Position numbers and translations under genes: made by a program. Shown here one piece after another: positions 16,728 through 20,000 of a stretch of DNA of 20,000 bases; positions within the stretch are counted from its first letter, which is position 1; each line of letters starts with the position of its first letter. Location: sequence record DRR723986_1437; one strand, 5' to 3'. The notes below the pieces were generated by a model that was given only the letters and a program-made list of their open reading frames with translations, was not told where the DNA came from and made no database searches.

Positions 16728-17280
16728 CTATTTGAAGTTCGTAGGTGTTTGATTTGCGTAGACCTTTCCAGTCAAAGAAGGGCCCTGGATCAGTTTTTCG
16801 GGTGGGTGCTATCTCGCTGTGCGCCATCGCATATCTCAGTGGATAACGTGCTTGTAACTCCAAAGCAAGACGCTTCAGGCTGGCATATTGGGCTTGCTCG
16901 AATGGGGTGTAAATGTCGCCCAGCAATTCAATACCGATTGAAAAATGATTGAAATTACTGCGGTCCATCGCGGCTGAAATTCCGGCATGCCAGGCCCGTT
17001 TTTCACACGACACGAATTGGGTGACAGCGCCGTCCCGGTCAATCAGAAAATGTGAAGACACATGCAGGCCGATCAACTCGGCAAATGAGGCATGGGAATG
17101 ACAATCGAGTCGATTCAAGAACAGGTCAGTGATCGGCGAGGGATCGCGTCCGCGCTCGGGCAGGCTGATGCAGTGAACAACCAGGGTATCCACCACAGTG
17201 CCCATGGGGCGTGCATCCTGATTGGGGCTCTGCAGGCGGCGCACCCAGTCTTCTTCAATCCAGCCTTCGTCCAGCCACAT
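16717..17280 (-). CDS. ampD: 1,6-anhydro-N-acetylmuramyl-L-alanine amidase
   Basis: SPNQDARP, VVHCISLP, VSSHFLI, RAWHAG, FSIGIEL, HSEIAPTRKTDPGPFFDW. Confidence 0.95.
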   Translation of the reverse strand: MWLDEGWIEEDWVRRLQSPNQDARPMGTVVDTLVVHCISLPERGRDPSPITDLFLNRLDCHSHASFAELIGLHVSSHFLIDRDGAVTQFVSCEKRAWHAGISAAMDRSNFNHFSIGIELLGDIYTPFEQAQYASLKRLALELQARYPLRYAMAHSEIAPTRKTDPGPFFDWKGLRKSNTYELQIDGL

Positions 17281-17315
17281 GGCGCGCCCCTTATAAAGGT
17301 CAATACCCTTTCAAC

Positions 17316-17573
17316 TCAGCGAACTTTTTCTCCTGCCGCTTTGGCATGCTCCAGGCCGCAGTAAAAGCGACCCTGCATCATCACGCCTTCAGACATGGGG
17401 CTGTACGCACCGCAGTGTTGGCAAGGCAGTATCTCTTCCTGGGTTTTACGGCCAAGATTGCCTTTTTGTTTAACGTCTACGCCAGGCTTTTCACCCAATT
17501 GTTTGCGCTGCCAGCTTTTGAAAAGAACCCAGGCCACCAACGCCAGGCCCAGGAAAAACAGAATACGACCCAT
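17316..17573 (-). CDS. PP0621-family small membrane-anchored Cys/His protein
   Basis: N-terminal TM, CQHCG...FYCGLEH; ATG 17573 overlaps the upstream stop (TGATG); typical position between ccsA-like gene and ampD. Confidence 0.8.
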   Translation of the reverse strand: MGRILFFLGLALVAWVLFKSWQRKQLGEKPGVDVKQKGNLGRKTQEEILPCQHCGAYSPMSEGVMMQGRFYCGLEHAKAAGEKVR

Positions 17574-18412
17574 CAAACTGCCCTTTTCAAAATAAATTCC
17601 AGCACGAACTGGGTACCAAAATAAGCCAGCACCAACACCGCGTAACTACCCAAACACCACCGCAAGGCCACTTTTCCACGCCAACCAAAGACCACACGCC
17701 CACCCAGGAGCACGGCGAATGAACACCATGAAATGATGGCAAACAAGGTTTTGTGATCAAAGCGCCAACTGCTGCCACTCCATTCCTCGGAAAACAGAAA
17801 ACCGGTAATCAAGGTAAGCGACAACAACACGAAGCCCGCCCACAATTGCCGAAACAGAATGGACTCCATGGTGAGCAATGAAGGCAATTGATCCAGCAGA
17901 CGCTCACGCACCATGCGGTTTTCCTGATTACTTGCCACTGGCTGGTGCAAGGCTTTTTCCTGAAATGCCATCACGATGCCATGGGCGGCAGCAATACCCA
18001 ACAAGCTGTAGGCTGCCAATGCAATCAACAAATGCAACTGAAACAGATGGTCACCCGCCATGCGAATTGCAGCGTCTTCACCCATCCAGAGTGGCAGCAG
18101 AAATGCCAACGCACACAATGGAAATACAATTAATTCGAGCAACGGCACGCGATTAAAAAAACTTTCGACAAAAGCCACCAGCGAAGCCAGCCAAGCCACG
18201 CACATCAAACCCAAGACGAAACCAAAGTGCATGCCGTCCGCCTGAAACAGCAGGGTGCCCAGCAAGTACCCTGATACCACCAGGGCCAAGGCCGCCAGCG
18301 CGCGGTTGAACCCGGCAGGTGCAGACCACTTGCCGAAAACGTTCAGCGCCGCCAATCCACCCGAGGCGGACAGCAGGGGCACTGCGAGCGCGTACAATAA
18401 TGTGTTGTTCAT
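17573..18412 (-). CDS. Cytochrome c assembly family inner-membrane protein (YpjD/CcsA-like)
   Basis: Multiple TMs, LPSLLTMESILF, FDHKTLF, GWRG, LAYFGTQFVLE; divergent from ffh. Confidence 0.9.
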   Translation of the reverse strand: MNNTLLYALAVPLLSASGGLAALNVFGKWSAPAGFNRALAALALVVSGYLLGTLLFQADGMHFGFVLGLMCVAWLASLVAFVESFFNRVPLLELIVFPLCALAFLLPLWMGEDAAIRMAGDHLFQLHLLIALAAYSLLGIAAAHGIVMAFQEKALHQPVASNQENRMVRERLLDQLPSLLTMESILFRQLWAGFVLLSLTLITGFLFSEEWSGSSWRFDHKTLFAIISWCSFAVLLGGRVVFGWRGKVALRWCLGSYAVLVLAYFGTQFVLEFILKRAV

Positions 18413-18459
18413 ACCAATCAGTTTACTCGATTCAAAGCACGAGTCAGGGGCACTACACG

Positions 18460-19878
18460 ATGTTTGAAAACCTCTCCGATCGCCTAACGCGCGTTGTCAA
18501 AAATATCAAAGGCGAGGCCCGCATTACTGAGGCCAACACACAGGAAATGTTGCGTGAAGTTCGCCTGGCGCTTCTGGAGGCCGACGTAGCCCTTCCTGTG
18601 GTGAAAGAGTTCATCAACCAGGTGAAGGAGCAGGCACTGGGCGAAGAGGTTTTGAACAGCCTCACCCCAGGTCAAGCATTGGTGGGCATCGTTCACAAAC
18701 AGCTTATCAAGCTGATTGGGGAGAAAACCGAAGAAATCAACCTGGCGGCGCAACCCCCAGTGGTGATTTTGATGGCGGGCCTGCAGGGTGCCGGTAAAAC
18801 AACCACCACCGGCAAGCTGGCCAAATACCTGAAAGACAATCTGAAAAAGAAAGTGCTGACGGTGTCGGCCGACGTGTACCGTCCTGCGGCGATTGAACAG
18901 CTTAAAACAGTCAGCGGCCAAGCTGGCGCCGAGTTCTTTCCTTCTGACATAACGCAGAAGCCAATCGACATTGCGCTGGCTGCGCTGAACCACGCCAAAC
19001 GCCAGTTTTTTGATGTGCTGATTCTGGACACAGCCGGCCGCTTGGGCATTGACGAAGCCATGATGAATGAAATCAAGGCTTTGCATGCCGCGGTGAACCC
19101 CACGGAAACCCTGTTTGTGATCGACGCCATGTTGGGCCAGGACGCCGCCAACACAGCCAAGGCCTTTAACGAAGCCCTGCCCCTGACCGGCGTGGTACTG
19201 ACAAAGATGGACGGTGATGCGCGTGGCGGTGCTGCATTGTCGGTTCGCCAAATTACTGGCAAGCCCATCAAATTCATGGGTGTGGGCGAAAAACTAACGG
19301 GTTTCGAGAAGTTCCACCCCGACCGTGTGGCTGGCCGCATTTTGGGCATGGGCGATATTGTGTCTCTGGTAGAAGAGGCCAAAAAAGGGATTGACCAGCA
19401 AGAAGCCGAAAAACTGGCCAAGAAGCTGAAAAGTGGAAAGGCTTTTGACTTAAACGACTTTCTGGCGCAAATCAGCCAAATGCGCAACATGGGCGGCCTG
19501 CAAGGCCTGATGGACAAGCTGCCCAGCCAACTGATGAAAGGCGCTGGCGAAGTGGACGCTGCTGCGGCTGAAAAGCAGATGAAACGCACCGAGGCCATTA
19601 TTTTTTCGATGACCATTGAAGAGCGGACCAAGCCTGACCTGCTAAAAGCTTCACGCAAACGCCGTATCGCAGCAGGTGCGGGCGTTCAGGTTCAGGAAGT
19701 GAACCGCTTGCTCAAGCAGTTTGAGCAAATGCGCGACATGATGAAAAGCATGCAAAAAGGAGGCTTGGCCAAATTGATGCGCAAAATGGGTGGCATGGGT
19801 GGCATGGGTGGCCCCGGCGGAAAAGGCGGCTTCCCTGGAGGCGGCATGCCGCCAGGTGGCGGGTTTCCAGGCATGTAA
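18460..19878 (+). CDS. ffh: Signal recognition particle protein
   Basis: MFENLSDRL, ALLEADV, GLQGAGKTTT, DTAGR, TKMDGDARGG, Met-rich M domain. Confidence 0.99.
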   Translation: MFENLSDRLTRVVKNIKGEARITEANTQEMLREVRLALLEADVALPVVKEFINQVKEQALGEEVLNSLTPGQALVGIVHKQLIKLIGEKTEEINLAAQPPVVILMAGLQGAGKTTTTGKLAKYLKDNLKKKVLTVSADVYRPAAIEQLKTVSGQAGAEFFPSDITQKPIDIALAALNHAKRQFFDVLILDTAGRLGIDEAMMNEIKALHAAVNPTETLFVIDAMLGQDAANTAKAFNEALPLTGVVLTKMDGDARGGAALSVRQITGKPIKFMGVGEKLTGFEKFHPDRVAGRILGMGDIVSLVEEAKKGIDQQEAEKLAKKLKSGKAFDLNDFLAQISQMRNMGGLQGLMDKLPSQLMKGAGEVDAAAAEKQMKRTEAIIFSMTIEERTKPDLLKASRKRRIAAGAGVQVQEVNRLLKQFEQMRDMMKSMQKGGLAKLMRKMGGMGGMGGPGGKGGFPGGGMPPGGGFPGM

Positions 19879-20000
19879 TCGGCTTGAGTCGCCATCGCTC
19901 GTCTTTCTTGATCGCCTAATCAGCTTGGGTTCCGATCTCCCGCCAGAAAACCTGTATTTCCCTTATTGAGATTCACCCTGACTCGCCTCGCTCGGCAAAA

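Noticed and set aside
19785-19875. GGCATGGGT-like repeats at the ffh 3' end
   Set aside because: Encodes the ordinary Gly/Met/Pro low-complexity tail of Ffh.
19879-20000. Possible gene end or promoter after ffh, including a GGAACC on the minus strand
   Set aside because: Too short to assign, and the GGAACC lacks the YTACTCA element at the right spacing.
1-20000. CRISPR array, tRNA/rRNA, transposase/integrase, intein or intron in nrdA/nrdB
   Set aside because: No repeat-spacer periodicity, RNA gene signature or recombinase motif seen; the RNR genes are continuous and of normal length.

Overview
Betaproteobacterial (Burkholderiales-like; inferred from gene order and protein style) chromosomal window. 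The right half (12.2-19.9 kb) is conserved housekeeping: nrdB, nrdA, ampD, PP0621-family, ccsA/ypjD-like and ffh. The left end has an EthA/AlmA-like flavin monooxygenase divergent from an esterase and an MBL-fold lipoprotein, then a DUF4105 gene and an XRE regulator with its divergent target. Between them (5.2-12.1 kb) is an accessory stretch of orphan secretion cargo with no T6SS machinery in the window: a PAAR-HEXXH effector with putative immunity, a small hydrophobic ORFan, a stand-alone S24 peptidase, a putative membrane-active toxin with a polytopic immunity protein, and a frameshifted hcp. The most notable signals are cis-regulatory. (i) A hrp-box-like motif GGAACCAC-N13-YTACTCA lies exactly 28 nt before both the PAAR effector and the ORFan. 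(ii) A motif ATTTCTACCC-N16-YAYACT lies before both the toxin operon and the convergent hcp. (iii) A LexA box overlaps an internal sigma70 promoter of nrdB.
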